A stretch of 38,006 bases of DNA. Source: a virus. Its lineage: Duplodnaviria > Heunggongvirae > Uroviricota > Caudoviricetes. The translations under genes and the position numbers were made by a program. Under the pieces are notes generated by a model. It did not search any database. It saw only the letters and a list, made by a program, of their open reading frames with translations, and had not been told where the DNA came from. Where the stretch lies: positions 1-38,006 of the IMG/VR virus record IMGVR_UViG_2778261277_000017; one strand, given 5' to 3'. This document shows positions 1 through 9,459 of the stretch, in pieces. Position 1 is the stretch's first letter; each line of letters starts with the position of its first letter.

Positions 1-1164
1 TTACACATCATTAGTACCTTCCTTATTTTTTGACTGGGACAAATTTGGGACCGATGGGTTCAGAATCGAGTCTATTTGCCGTGCGTGTTCGGTAAGGTGA
101 TTAGGCGCGAGGTGAGCATATCGACGAACCATTTCGATAGACTCCCAGCCACCCATTTCCTGTAACACTGACAACGGGACTCCGGCTTGAACCAGCCAAC
201 TTGCCCAGGTGTGTCTCAAGTCGTGAAATCTGAAATCATCAATACCAGCCCGTCTCAGCGCCGTTTTCCAGGCTGTGTTTGCGTCATACCGCATCTTCCT
301 TACTGTTGGCGCTTTCGTTCCGTCTGGTTTGGTACAGCTTTCCTTGTACACAAATACCCAACGGTGATGATTCCCGATTTGTTTTTTCAATACGCGACAT
401 GCAGTATCATTCAGCGCAACGCCAATTGCGCGGTTTGATTTACTCTCTTCCGGGTTTATCCATGCCACCCGGCGCTGCATATCTATTTGTTGCCATTCAA
501 GGTTGATGATGTTCGAGCGTCTTAAGCCTGTTGCCAGTGCAAATTCAACAACAGACTTTAATGGCTCCGGACATTCATCAATCAGCCTTTGTGCTTCATG
601 GGGCTCCAGCCAGCGGATCCGTTTATTCTTTGGTTGAGGCACTTTAATAATTGGTGCCTTATCCAGCATTTTCCATTCACGCTCTGCGGCTCTTAGTAGG
701 GCCTTTATAAATGAAAGATGCGTAGCCTTCGTTGCAACGGACGCTGGTTTTGGCGTGTATTCTGGAACAGGTTTCCCTTTTTTTCTGCATGCTTCTGCCC
801 TGAGTTTCCAGTTTTCCTCATGACGCCGGTTCGTCATTTTCTGCATTGCTGAATAAATTTTTGATTCAGTAATGTCTCTTAGTTGCATCCCTGCGAAATG
901 TTGAAGCCAGAATCCGATCCGGCTTTTGTCATCGTCCAGTGATTTCTTATGTGCTTTCTCTTCGAGCCACCTGACACACGCTTCCTCAAACGTCATATCA
1001 GGTATTTCACCAAGTTTGCTGACCCGCCATGCTTCAGCCTTTAGCTTGTCATGGAGCTCTGTCGCCTGCCTTTTGTCCTTTGTTCCAAGAGACTGTTTAA
1101 ATCTTTTACCGTTCGGCAATGTGAAACTGGCGTACCATATTTCACTTCTGCGGAAGAGTGACAT
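1..1164 (-). CDS. int: Tyrosine integrase (site-specific recombinase), not lambda-type; resembles e14/phage-21-group integrases from memory
   Basis: 387-aa ORF with C-terminal R..HDLRHT..Y-type catalytic region ([17 protein letters not shown]). Excisionase-like gene overlaps its 5' end. Stop codon is at bases 1-3. Confidence 0.9.
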   Translation of the reverse strand: MSLFRRSEIWYASFTLPNGKRFKQSLGTKDKRQATELHDKLKAEAWRVSKLGEIPDMTFEEACVRWLEEKAHKKSLDDDKSRIGFWLQHFAGMQLRDITESKIYSAMQKMTNRRHEENWKLRAEACRKKGKPVPEYTPKPASVATKATHLSFIKALLRAAEREWKMLDKAPIIKVPQPKNKRIRWLEPHEAQRLIDECPEPLKSVVEFALATGLRRSNIINLEWQQIDMQRRVAWINPEESKSNRAIGVALNDTACRVLKKQIGNHHRWVFVYKESCTKPDGTKAPTVRKMRYDANTAWKTALRRAGIDDFRFHDLRHTWASWLVQAGVPLSVLQEMGGWESIEMVRRYAHLAPNHLTEHARQIDSILNPSVPNLSQSKNKEGTNDV

Positions 1165-1391
1165 TTTCTTTCCTCTGTTATGCCATCACCCGCGCTCACC
1201 TTGATAGTATGCAGCGGAGACTGAAGCGCCGCAATGCAGGCTTGTCGCGTTGTGAGGTAAGGAGATTTTGGTTTAGTGGGGTCTTTGCGTGTTGCCTGTA
1301 GGCGGCCTGTTCGTATCCAGTTGGTGGCGGTTGGTCTGGATATCTTAAGAAACTGACAGGCCTCATCGAGTGTGAGGCTGTATGATTCCAT
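1041..1391 (-). CDS. xis: Excisionase-like small HTH protein overlapping the int start
   Basis: ATG at 1391 preceded by AGAGGT Shine-Dalgarno; translation [31 protein letters not shown] has an excisionase-type HTH. Overlaps int by about 120 nt; the true C-terminus is uncertain. Confidence 0.6.
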   Translation of the reverse strand: MESYSLTLDEACQFLKISRPTATNWIRTGRLQATRKDPTKPKSPYLTTRQACIAALQSPLHTIKVSAGDGITEERKCHSSAEVKYGTPVSHCRTVKDLNSLLEQRTKGRRQSSMTS

Positions 1392-1688
1392 GGTTACCTC
1401 TGCTTTTTGAACGCATGTCACGTAACTTCTTAATGTGTTCTGCCGTTTCGATCTCTTCTGCTATCCGATCTGCATCAGCTTTATTCACAGGTTCAAAGTC
1501 ATGATTAAAGCGGAACATGCTGGCGATACATGTTCTGCCTTTTCGGATGTAGTGAACTTTGTTGTGGGTAGAACGCAGGATTTTGCAGGGAGTGCCGTGG
1601 TGGTCGACGTACCAGGTGTTAGGAAAAATGATTCTGAATATTTTTACACCTCAGTTGGACGATGTTGAAATTTGCTGCTTTGAGGCCA

Positions 1689-1907
1689 TCACAATCCCCA
1701 TTGTTTGTTCTTAAGTTCGATCTCCTCCTGGCAACTTGCACAAGTCCGACAACCCTGAACGGCCAGGCGTCTTCGTTCATCTATGGGATCGCCACACTCA
1801 CAACAATGAGTGGCAGATATAACCTGGTGGTTCAGACGACGCATTTTTATTGCTGTATTGCGCTGTAATTCTTCGATTTCTGATGCTGAATCAATGATGT
1901 CTGCCAT
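1689..1907 (-). CDS. TraR/DksA-family C4 zinc-finger protein (lambda Orf73-like)
   Basis: 72-aa ORF with CCECGDPIDERRRLAVQGCRTCASCQ, the Cys4 motif characteristic of TraR/DksA C-terminal zinc fingers. Confidence 0.75.
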   Translation of the reverse strand: MADIIDSASEIEELQRNTAIKMRRLNHQVISATHCCECGDPIDERRRLAVQGCRTCASCQEEIELKNKQWGL

Positions 1908-2005
1908 CTTCCATTAATCCCTGAATTGTTGGTTAATACGCTTGAGGGTGAATGCGAATAATAAAAAAGGAGCCTGTAGCTCCCTGATGATTTTGCTTTT
2001 CATGT

Positions 2006-2287
2006 TCACCGTTCCTTAAAGACGCCGTTCAACATGCCGATCGCCAGGCTTAAATGAGTCGGTGTGAATCCCATCAGCGTTACCGTTTCGCGGTGCTTCT
2101 TTAGTACGCTACGGCAAATGTCATCGACGTTTTTATCCGGAAAATGCTGTCTGGCTTTTTTGATTTCAGAATTAGCCTGACGGGCAATGCTGCGAAGGGC
2201 GTTTTCTTGCTGAGGTGTCATTGAACAAGCCCCATGTCGGCAAGCATAAGCACACAGAATATGAAGCCCGCTGCCAGAAAAATGCAT
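2006..2287 (-). CDS. Small Cys/His-rich early protein, Ea8.5-like by size and position
   Basis: 93-aa ORF in the xis-to-exo interval. N-terminal Cys/His cluster (HILCAYACRHGAC). No obvious Shine-Dalgarno; an alternative ATG lies at 2221. Confidence 0.45.
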   Translation of the reverse strand: MHFSGSGLHILCAYACRHGACSMTPQQENALRSIARQANSEIKKARQHFPDKNVDDICRSVLKKHRETVTLMGFTPTHLSLAIGMLNGVFKER

Positions 2288-2297
2288 TCAGTGGTTG

Positions 2298-2489
2298 TCA
2301 TACCTGGTCTCTCTCATCTGCTTCTACTTTCGCCACCATCATTTCCAGCTTTTGTGAAAGGGATGTGGCTAACGTATGAAATTCTTCGTCTGTTTCTACT
2401 GGTATTGGCACAAACCTGACTCCAATTTGAGCAAGGCTATGTGCCATCTCAATACTCGTTCTTAACTCAACAGGAGATGCTTTGTGCAT
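2298..2489 (-). CDS. Lambda orf63-like small protein
   Basis: 63-aa ORF overlapping the next gene by 28 nt, the same spacing as recalled for lambda orf63/orf60a. Confidence 0.55.
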   Translation of the reverse strand: MHKASPVELRTSIEMAHSLAQIGVRFVPIPVETDEEFHTLATSLSQKLEMMVAKVEADERDQV

Positions 2490-2644
2490 ACCGCCTCCCG
2501 TTTATTATTTATCTTCTCAGCCAGCCGCTGTGCTTTCAGTGGATTTCTGATAACAGAAAGGCCGGGAAATACCCAGCCTCGCTTTGTAACGGAGTAGACG
2601 AAAGTGATCGCGCCTACCCGGATATTATCGTGAGGATGCGTCAT
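2462..2644 (-). CDS. Lambda orf60a-like small protein
   Basis: 60-aa ORF from the second ATG; overlaps the exo stop by 4 nt as in lambda. Confidence 0.55.
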   Translation of the reverse strand: MTHPHDNIRVGAITFVYSVTKRGWVFPGLSVIRNPLKAQRLAEKINNKREAVCTKHLLLS

Positions 2645-3321
2645 CGCCATTGCTCCCCAAATACAAAACCAATTTCAGCCAGTGCCTCGTCCATTTTTTC
2701 GATGAACTCCGGCACCATCTCGTCAAAACTCGCCATGTACTTTTCATTCCGCTCAATCACGACATAATGCAGGCCTTCACGCTTCATGCGCGGGTCATAG
2801 TTGGCAAAGTACCAGGCATCTTTTCGCGTCACCCACATGCTGTACTGCACCTGGGCCATGTAAGCCGATTTTATTGCCTCGAAACCACCGAGCCGGAATT
2901 TCATGAAATCCCGGGAGGTAAACGGGCATTTCAGTTCAAGGCCGTTGCCGTCACTGCATAAACCATCGGGAGAGCAGGCAGTGCGCATATTTTCGTCGCG
3001 ATAGATGATCGGGGATTCAGTAACATTCACGCCGGAAGTGAATTCAAACAGGGTTCTGGCGTCGTTCTCGTACTGTTTTCCCCAGGCCAGCGCCTTAGCA
3101 TTAACTTCCGGAGCCACACCGGTGCAAACCTCAGCCAGCAGGGTGTGGAAGTAGGACATTTTCATGTCAGGCCACTTCTTTCCTGAGCGGGGCTTTGCTA
3201 TCACGTTGTGAACTTCTGAAGCGGTGATGACGCCGAGCCGTAATTTGTGCCATGCATCATCCCCCTGTTCGACAGCTCTCACGTCGATCCCGGTACGCTG
3301 CAGGATAATGTCCGGTATCAT
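2641..3321 (-). CDS. exo: Lambda exonuclease (Red alpha)
   Basis: 226-aa translation reads as lambda Exo along its length ([50 protein letters not shown] ... [11 protein letters not shown]). Confidence 0.95.
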   Translation of the reverse strand: MIPDIILQRTGIDVRAVEQGDDAWHKLRLGVITASEVHNVIAKPRSGKKWPDMKMSYFHTLLAEVCTGVAPEVNAKALAWGKQYENDARTLFEFTSGVNVTESPIIYRDENMRTACSPDGLCSDGNGLELKCPFTSRDFMKFRLGGFEAIKSAYMAQVQYSMWVTRKDAWYFANYDPRMKREGLHYVVIERNEKYMASFDEMVPEFIEKMDEALAEIGFVFGEQWR

Positions 3322-4103
3322 GCTGCCACCTTCTGCTCAGTGGCTTTCTGTTTCAGGAATCCAAGAGCTTTCACTGCTTCGGCCTGTGTCAGTTCTGACG
3401 ATGCGCGAATGTCGCGGCGAAATATCTGGGAACAGAGCGGCAATAAGTCGTCATCCCATGTTTTATCCAGGGCGATCAGCAGAGTGTTAATCTCCTGCAT
3501 GGTTTCATCGTTAACCGGAGTGATGTCGCGTTCTGGCTGACGTTCTGCAGTGTATGCAGTATTTTCGACAATGCGCTCGGCTTCATCCTTGTCATAGATA
3601 CCAGCAAATCCGAAGGCCAGACGGGCACACTGAATCATGGCTTTATGCCGTAACATCCGTTTGGGATGCGACTGCCACGGCCCCGTGATTTCTCTGCCTT
3701 CGCGAGTTTTGAATGGTTCGCGGCGGCATTCATCCATCCATTCGGTAACGCAGATCGGATGATTACGGTCCTTGCGGTAAATCCGGCATGTACAGGATTC
3801 ATTGTCCTGCTCAAAGTCCATGCCATCAAACTGCTGGTTTTCATTGATGATGCGGGACCAGCCATCAACGCCCACCACCGGAACGATGCCGTTCTGCTTA
3901 TCAGGGAAGGCGTAAATTTCTTTCGTCCACGGATTAAGGCCGTACTGGTTGGCGACGATCAACAATGCGATGAACTGCGCATCGCTGGCATCACCTTTAA
4001 ATGCCGTCTGGCGAAGAGTGGTGATCAGTTCCTGTGGGTCGACAGAATCCATGCCGACACGTTCAGCCAGCTTCCCTGCCAGCGTTGCGAGTGCTGTACT
4101 CAT
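3318..4103 (-). CDS. bet: Lambda Beta single-strand annealing protein (Red beta)
   Basis: 261-aa translation matches recalled lambda Bet ([66 protein letters not shown]...). ATGA overlap with exo. Confidence 0.95.
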   Translation of the reverse strand: MSTALATLAGKLAERVGMDSVDPQELITTLRQTAFKGDASDAQFIALLIVANQYGLNPWTKEIYAFPDKQNGIVPVVGVDGWSRIINENQQFDGMDFEQDNESCTCRIYRKDRNHPICVTEWMDECRREPFKTREGREITGPWQSHPKRMLRHKAMIQCARLAFGFAGIYDKDEAERIVENTAYTAERQPERDITPVNDETMQEINTLLIALDKTWDDDLLPLCSQIFRRDIRASSELTQAEAVKALGFLKQKATEQKVAA

Positions 4104-4108
4104 CCGTT

Positions 4109-4525
4109 TTATACCTCTGAATCAATATCAACTTGGTGGTGAGCAATGGTTTCAACCATGTACCGGATGTGTTCTGCCATGCGCTCCTGAAACTCAACAT
4201 CGTCATCAAACGCACGGGTAATGGCTTTTTTGCTGGCCCCGTGGCGTTGCAAATGATCGATGCATAGCGATTCAAACAGGTGCTGGGGCAGGCCTTTTTC
4301 CATGTCGTCTGCCAGTTCTGCCTCTTTCTCTTCACGGGCGATCTGCTGGTAATGACGCGTCCAGCTCTGAGCCTCAAGACGATCCTGAATGTAATAAGCG
4401 TTCATGGCTGAACTCCTGAAATAGCTGTGAAAATATCGCCCGCGAAATGCCGGGCTGATTAGGAAAACAGGAAAGGGGGTTAGTGAATGCTTTTGCTTGA
4501 TCTCAGTTTCAGTATTAATATCCAT
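4109..4525 (-). CDS. gam: Lambda Gam (RecBCD inhibitor)
   Basis: 138-aa translation matches recalled lambda Gam ([55 protein letters not shown]...). Confidence 0.95.
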   Translation of the reverse strand: MDINTETEIKQKHSLTPFPVFLISPAFRGRYFHSYFRSSAMNAYYIQDRLEAQSWTRHYQQIAREEKEAELADDMEKGLPQHLFESLCIDHLQRHGASKKAITRAFDDDVEFQERMAEHIRYMVETIAHHQVDIDSEV

Positions 4526-4623
4526 TTTTTATAAGCGTCGACGGCCTCACGAAACATCTTTTCATCGCCAATAAAAGTGGCGATAGTGAATTTAGTCTGG
4601 ATAGCCATAAGTGTTTGATCCAT
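4480..4623 (-). CDS. kil: Kil (FtsZ inhibitor), lambda-type
   Basis: 47-aa [50 protein letters not shown] from the ATG at 4623. Overlaps gam and cIII as in lambda. Confidence 0.85.
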   Translation of the reverse strand: MDQTLMAIQTKFTIATFIGDEKMFREAVDAYKKWILILKLRSSKSIH

Positions 4624-4756
4624 TTTTTGGGACTCCTGGCTGATTAAGTATGTCGATAAGGCGTTTCCATCCGTCACGTAATTTACGGGTGATTCGTTCA
4701 AGTAAAGATTCGGAAGGGCAGCCAGCAACAGGCCACCCTGCAATGGCATATTGCAT
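4592..4756 (-). CDS. cIII: cIII (FtsH/HflB inhibitor), lambda-type
   Basis: Reverse-complement translation from 4756 gives [54 protein letters not shown] (54 aa). Below the 60-aa ORF-track cutoff, found by hand. Confidence 0.9.
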   Translation of the reverse strand: MQYAIAGWPVAGCPSESLLERITRKLRDGWKRLIDILNQPGVPKNGSNTYGYPD

Positions 4757-4828
4757 GGTGTGCTCCTTATTTATACATAACGAAAAACGCCTCGAGTGAA
4801 GCGTTATTGGTATGCGGTAACGCCGCGC

Positions 4829-5197
4829 TCAGGCGGCTTTGATAGTCATATCATCTGAATCAAATATTCCTGATGTATCGATATCGGTAATTCTTATTCC
4901 TTCGCTACCATCCATTGGAGGCCATCCTTCCTGACCATTTCCATCATTCCAGTCGAACTCACACACAACACCATATGCATTTAAGTCGCTTGAAATTGCT
5001 ATAAGCAGAGCATGTTGCGCCAGCATGATTAATACAGCATTTAATACAGAGCCGTGTTTATTGAGTCGGTATTCAGAGTCTGACCAGAAATTATTAATCT
5101 GGTGAAGTTTTTCCTCTGTCATTACGTCATGGTCGATTTCAATTTCTATTGATGCTTTCCAGTCGTAATCAATGATGTATTTTTTGATGTTTGACAT
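4829..5197 (-). CDS. ea10: Ea10-like early protein (lambda ea10)
   Basis: 122-aa acidic ORF (MSNIKKYIIDYDWKASIEIEIDHDVMTEEKLHQINNFW...) at the position of lambda ea10, upstream of cIII in the pL operon. Confidence 0.8.
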   Translation of the reverse strand: MSNIKKYIIDYDWKASIEIEIDHDVMTEEKLHQINNFWSDSEYRLNKHGSVLNAVLIMLAQHALLIAISSDLNAYGVVCEFDWNDGNGQEGWPPMDGSEGIRITDIDTSGIFDSDDMTIKAA

Positions 5198-5212
5198 CTA
5201 TTCATATCCTCA

Positions 5213-5243
5213 CAGATAAAAAATCGCCCTCACATTGGAGGGC
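5213..5243 (-). terminator. Rho-independent terminator-like hairpin upstream of ea10 (minus strand)
   Basis: GCCCTC / GAGGGC 6-bp stem with 6-nt loop at 5226-5243, followed on the minus strand by GATTTTTTAT. Confidence 0.45.
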
Positions 5244-5361
5244 AAAGAAGATTTCCAATAATCAGAACAAGTCGGCTCCTGTTTAGTTACGAGCGACATT
5301 GCTCAGTGTATTCACTCGTTGGAATGAATACACAGTGCAGTGTTTATTCTGTTGTTTATGC

Positions 5362-5387
5362 CAAAAATAAAGGCCGACTATGCGGCC
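5362..5387 (-). terminator. Rho-independent terminator immediately after the 207-aa gene (minus strand)
   Basis: GGCCG / CGGCC hairpin at 5372-5387 followed on the minus strand by TTTATTTTTGG; overlaps the stop codon of the 207-aa gene. Confidence 0.5.
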
Positions 5388-6001
5388 TCGGAAGGAAGTC
5401 CAATCATCTTATTCAAATCTTCTACCCGTAAAGCAGGAAGTGCTGTACTTGCTTTATCTGCTTCTTTTGGTAGCAACTCTTTGCTTTCAGGCCAAACCTC
5501 AATAAGTCGCTTAACTGTTGTGACTGAGTTTAAAGCAGCCCATACATTTGATTCGATATCCTTTTTCTTTGCTTCAAGTTTTTGTTGTAATGAGCAGATT
5601 TCATCAAACCTTTTTGTTATTTCGTGCTCTGCGTCAAACATGCATTTATCTTTTGTCGGAGTAGGGAGCAATATATCTTCGCCGTTGCCGTCTTTCCCAT
5701 ATGAATGCCATCCAACCCTTCTGCCAGATACAGTCAGATAAATTGAAGTAGAATGAACATCGTATGAGTAAAATGAACATCCCATCTTTCCAAGTTCTTC
5801 ACTTATAGCTACCAACTTGGATGATAACTGATCCACTTCCTCAGTTTTCTTTTTACCGCCAAACGCAATAACTCTGGCGTCAAGTGCAAGCTGGTTCTTT
5901 AACTTTGTTACTTCTTCAAGTTCAGTGAAAACCCCAGACTTAATTAAAGCGTTACGAGCGATTTCCTCTTTCATTCTCGTAGTTAAGCGGATTGATGACA
6001 T
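5378..6001 (-). CDS. Hypothetical 207-aa protein immediately downstream of N, where lambda carries sieB/ral; function unknown
   Basis: ATG at 6001 preceded by GAGAGGAATTAAT Shine-Dalgarno. Hydrophilic, largely helical-looking sequence (MSSIRLTTRMKEEIARNALIKSG...). AT-rich compared with flanking lambda genes. No recognisable lambda Ral sequence present. Confidence 0.6.
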   Translation of the reverse strand: MSSIRLTTRMKEEIARNALIKSGVFTELEEVTKLKNQLALDARVIAFGGKKKTEEVDQLSSKLVAISEELGKMGCSFYSYDVHSTSIYLTVSGRRVGWHSYGKDGNGEDILLPTPTKDKCMFDAEHEITKRFDEICSLQQKLEAKKKDIESNVWAALNSVTTVKRLIEVWPESKELLPKEADKASTALPALRVEDLNKMIGLPSEAA

Positions 6002-6012
6002 ATTAATTCCTC

Positions 6013-6339
6013 TCAAATAAGTGGTTTGCTGCCTAATTTCATTTTCTGGCGGCCTGAACAAGTCACACCCATTTCACTGCGTGGCTTGCTGTACCATGTG
6101 CGCTGATTCTTGCGCTCAATACGTTGCAGGTTGCTTTCAATCTGTTCGTGGTATTCAGCCAGCACCGTAAGGTCTATCGGATTCAGTGCGCTTTCTACTC
6201 GTGATTTCGGTTTGCGATTCAGCGAGAGAATAGGGCGGTTAACTGGTTTTGCGCTTACCCCAACCAACAGGGGATTTGCTGCTTTCCATTGAGCCTGTTT
6301 CTCTGCGCGACGTTCGCGGCGGCGTGTTTGTGCATCCAT
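6013..6339 (-). CDS. N: Antiterminator N (lambda-type, divergent C-terminus)
   Basis: MDAQTRRRERRAEKQAQWKAANPLLVGVSAKPVNRPILSLNRKPKSRVESALNPIDLTVLAEYH... is the lambda N arginine-rich motif and core; the last ~25 residues differ from my recollection of lambda N. Confidence 0.9.
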   Translation of the reverse strand: MDAQTRRRERRAEKQAQWKAANPLLVGVSAKPVNRPILSLNRKPKSRVESALNPIDLTVLAEYHEQIESNLQRIERKNQRTWYSKPRSEMGVTCSGRQKMKLGSKPLI

Positions 6340-6537
6340 CTGGATTCTCCTGTCAGTTAGCTTTGGTGATTGGATGGCCGGCGCTGAACCCCGGCTTACT
6401 GGTTAGAGCGCCCGCACTACCAGTGACGCTGTCTTGAGGCGCAGATTGGTTACTGCTTGCCATGAGCGCTGTTTATACATTGGTCGAGCATCAGCCTGCT
6501 CATTCATCCAATCCCAAAGCCTTCTGCTTTGAATGCT

Positions 6538-6569
6538 ACCCTTCTTCAGGGCTTAATTTTTAAGAGCGT
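6538..6569 (-). promoter_or_regulatory. nutL (boxA + boxB) N-utilisation site
   Basis: Minus-strand reading CGCTCTTAAAAATTAAGCCCTGAAGAAGGGT: boxA CGCTCTTA and boxB hairpin GCCCT-GAAGA-AGGG, in the N leader. Confidence 0.8.
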
Positions 6570-6607
6570 CACCTTCATGGTGGTCAGTGCGTCCTGCTGA
6601 TGTGCTT

Positions 6608-6670
6608 AGTATCACCGCCAGTGGTATTTATGTCAACACCGCCAGAGATAATTTATCACCGCAGATGGTT
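6608..6670 (-). promoter_or_regulatory. oL1-oL2-oL3 operators with pL promoter (lambda immunity)
   Basis: TATCACCGCCAGTGGTA (6610-6626), CAACACCGCCAGAGATA (6634-6650), TATCACCGCAGATGGTT (6654-6670). Minus-strand -35 TTGACA (6631-6636) and -10 GATACT (6608-6613). Confidence 0.9.
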
Positions 6671-6821
6671 ATCTGTATGTTTTTTATATAGATTTATTTT
6701 TTGCAGGGTTGTGTGGATTGGGAAGGTGATCGAGAGATCTGAATTGCGATGTTTAGTGAGTTGTATCTATTAATTTTGAAATAAATACAATTGGTTATGC
6801 GTTTTTTGGGGGGCGTTAGGC

Positions 6822-6847
6822 AAAGAAAACCCGGCGCAGATGCCGGG
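6822..6847 (-). terminator. Rho-independent terminator after the 301-aa gene (end of the cI-distal transcript)
   Basis: CCCGGC-gcagat-GCCGGG hairpin (6830-6847) followed on the minus strand by TTTTCTTTG. Confidence 0.55.
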
Positions 6848-6859
6848 TTGTGGTGGAGA

Positions 6860-7765
6860 TCAATGCTTATTTGGGAGTGCTGGTTTTTTTATCGACTCTA
6901 ATAGCTCGGAGGCGTTACTAATCTTTTTGTTCCCAAGGTAATTTGGCAGTTTTTCCATTGCGTAATTATCGTGTAGCCATTTTCTGAACACGCCAAGTGC
7001 CTCAATAGGATAAATCCAAGCTGTTATATGCTTATTTGCAGCTGACTGCCTGTAATTTTCGGGGAATAAATGTGGGTACTGCACCCTTTCCCCGAATTTC
7101 TCAGATAGCCCATTAGCTGTCCAATACTTTCCCCAGTGAATTCCAACACTTCCATCCAAAGATGTGGTGTCATCCATTGGGAATCCTCCTCCGATCAGGT
7201 TCATGGCAATGTCAGCTATCTCTCTGAATACTGCAAAATGAGTTGTCGGTATCTGATCGTTTAGCTTAATCCTTGCTCTATAGTTCTCGAATGAGATATC
7301 TATTGAAGCATTTGGGTTGTAATTTGACTTTTCATAAATCATTCGCTTAAGCGTGTACTCAGCCAAGCGAACAAAATTACCTATTGCGACTGACCTATCA
7401 AAATTGGTGGCATCTAGAGCGTAGTAACGGAGGATAGCCATGCAAACATAGTCAGGATAAGCATGAGTTTCCACGTTTGAGCTATTTAAAACGCGAGTGT
7501 ATAGCTTTTCGACGTTATGAAACCCTTTCTCAGCTAAATACGCAGCTACTTTTTGACCTCTGGGTTTGTTTTTCTCTGTGTTCCAGTTTGATGTGAACAC
7601 CCTCAGTGGCGTGTCATCAATGCCGCATAACTTTGCGAGACCGTAGAGAGTTAGGTAAGGAGTTCCATCATTGAGAACGCCCATAGGAATATCATCAGAA
7701 ACAACCTCTACTACAGGGAAAAGCTGCATTTGATGCAGGGATTCGCTATTGCTGTTAATCGACAT
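6860..7765 (-). CDS. Hypothetical 301-aa protein in the position lambda uses for rexA-rexB (downstream of cI, before oL); candidate prophage-encoded exclusion/abortive-infection gene
   Basis: Single long ORF co-oriented with cI and followed by a terminator. AT-rich compared with cI. No similarity to RexA/RexB as I recall them; no HExxH motif, so not Lit-like. N-terminal region (LFPVVEVVSDDIPMGVLNDGTPYLTLYGLAKLCGIDD) loosely resembles Bro-N/KilA-N-type domains. Confidence 0.7.
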   Translation of the reverse strand: MSINSNSESLHQMQLFPVVEVVSDDIPMGVLNDGTPYLTLYGLAKLCGIDDTPLRVFTSNWNTEKNKPRGQKVAAYLAEKGFHNVEKLYTRVLNSSNVETHAYPDYVCMAILRYYALDATNFDRSVAIGNFVRLAEYTLKRMIYEKSNYNPNASIDISFENYRARIKLNDQIPTTHFAVFREIADIAMNLIGGGFPMDDTTSLDGSVGIHWGKYWTANGLSEKFGERVQYPHLFPENYRQSAANKHITAWIYPIEALGVFRKWLHDNYAMEKLPNYLGNKKISNASELLESIKKPALPNKH

Positions 7766-7851
7766 ATCTTAATGATTTCCTTATTTTTATTGTAGGGATC
7801 TTCTTTTTTATTTCCTACATCTAGATGCGTATAAAGTCTCTTGCTGCGGAC

Positions 7852-8568
<717 letters not shown>

Positions 8569-8575
8569 TTAAATC

Positions 8576-8640
8576 TATCACCGCGAGGGATAAATATCTA
8601 ACACCGTGCGTGTTGACTATTTTACCTCTAGCGGTGATAA
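8576..8640. promoter_or_regulatory. oR3-oR2-oR1 operators with pR and pRM
   Basis: TATCACCGCGAGGGATA (8576-8592), TAACACCGTGCGTGTTG (8599-8615), TACCTCTAGCGGTGATA (8623-8639). pR -35 TTGACT and -10 GATAAT on the plus strand. Confidence 0.9.
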
Positions 8641-8656
8641 TAGTTGCATGTACTAA

Positions 8657-8866
<210 letters not shown>

Positions 8867-8873
8867 ATAACCC

Positions 8874-8905
8874 CGCTCTTACACATTCCAGCCCTGAAAA
8901 AGGGC
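8874..8905 (+). promoter_or_regulatory. nutR (boxA + boxB)
   Basis: CGCTCTTACACATTCCAGCCCTGAAAAAGGGC: boxA CGCTCTTA and boxB hairpin GCCCT-GAAAA-AGGGC. Confidence 0.85.
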
Positions 8906-8984
8906 ATCAAATTAAACCACACCTATGGTGTATGCATTTATTTGCATACATTCAATCAATTGTTATCTAAGGAAATACTTACAT

Positions 8985-9263
8985 ATGCAACTTACAAGTA
9001 CTCGCAAGAAAGCGAATGCAATTACAAGCAACATCCTGAATCGAATTGCTGTACGTGGTCAGCGAAAGGTTGCCGACGCGTTAGGGATTAATGAATCGCA
9101 AATTTCGCGATGGAAAGACAGCTTCATCCCAAAAATGGGAATGCTTCTGGCTGTTCTTGAATGGGGTGTTGAAGACGAGGAGTTGGCGGAACTGGCTAAG
9201 CAAGTAGCCAGAATGCTGACAAAAGAAAAAGCCCCGAAGAACGGCGAATTCTTCGAGGCCTGA
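8985..9263 (+). CDS. cII: cII-family transcriptional activator (homologue, not lambda cII itself)
   Basis: ATG at 8985 preceded by AAGGAAA. Translation has the cII-like HTH and tail (GINESQISRWKDSFIPKMGMLLAVLEWGV). Upstream non-coding sequence looks lambda-identical but the coding sequence diverges. Confidence 0.8.
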   Translation: MQLTSTRKKANAITSNILNRIAVRGQRKVADALGINESQISRWKDSFIPKMGMLLAVLEWGVEDEELAELAKQVARMLTKEKAPKNGEFFEA

Positions 9264-9297
9264 TGTAGAAAGACTGGATCAATCCACAGGAGTAATT

Positions 9298-9459
9298 ATG
9301 ACAAAACGTCGTAAGAAATACCAGGAAAAAGAAGAGATTCGACACCCTGATTCACCTGAGGGATTAGTGGTAGCCGCAGCAAATAACAGGGCGTTCGCAG
9401 AACGCCTTGTTGGTGTTTACAGACTAGCCAAAGCAGGAGTGAAACATGGGCGTCGTTAA
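9298..9459 (+). CDS. Small basic hypothetical protein (53 aa) between cII and the O-like gene
   Basis: ATG at 9298 preceded by AGGAG at good spacing; [53 protein letters not shown]. Overlaps the O-like start by 14 nt. Below the ORF-track cutoff. Confidence 0.4.
   Translation: MTKRRKKYQEKEEIRHPDSPEGLVVAAANNRAFAERLVGVYRLAKAGVKHGRR

Noticed and set aside
187-506. Plus-strand ORFs of 83 and 75 aa
   Set aside because: Embedded antisense within the integrase gene.
1422-1519. About 51-aa minus-strand ORF between orf73 and xis, overlapping the xis start in another frame
   Set aside because: Weak ribosome-binding context and below the ORF-track cutoff; it might correspond to a small lambda hypothetical ORF, but I cannot support it from sequence alone.
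3666-4142. 158-aa plus-strand ORF
   Set aside because: Antisense to bet/gam, which are confidently assigned on the minus strand.
4771-4830. Short hairpins between cIII and ea10 (AACGC...GCGTT and GCCGC...GCGGC) as terminators
   Set aside because: Stems are only 5 bp, T-tracts are weak, and one overlaps the ea10 stop; not convincing enough to annotate.
6860-7765. Possibility that the 301-aa rex-locus protein is the e14 Lit protease
   Set aside because: Lit is a zinc metalloprotease with an HExxH motif; no HExxH occurs in this translation.
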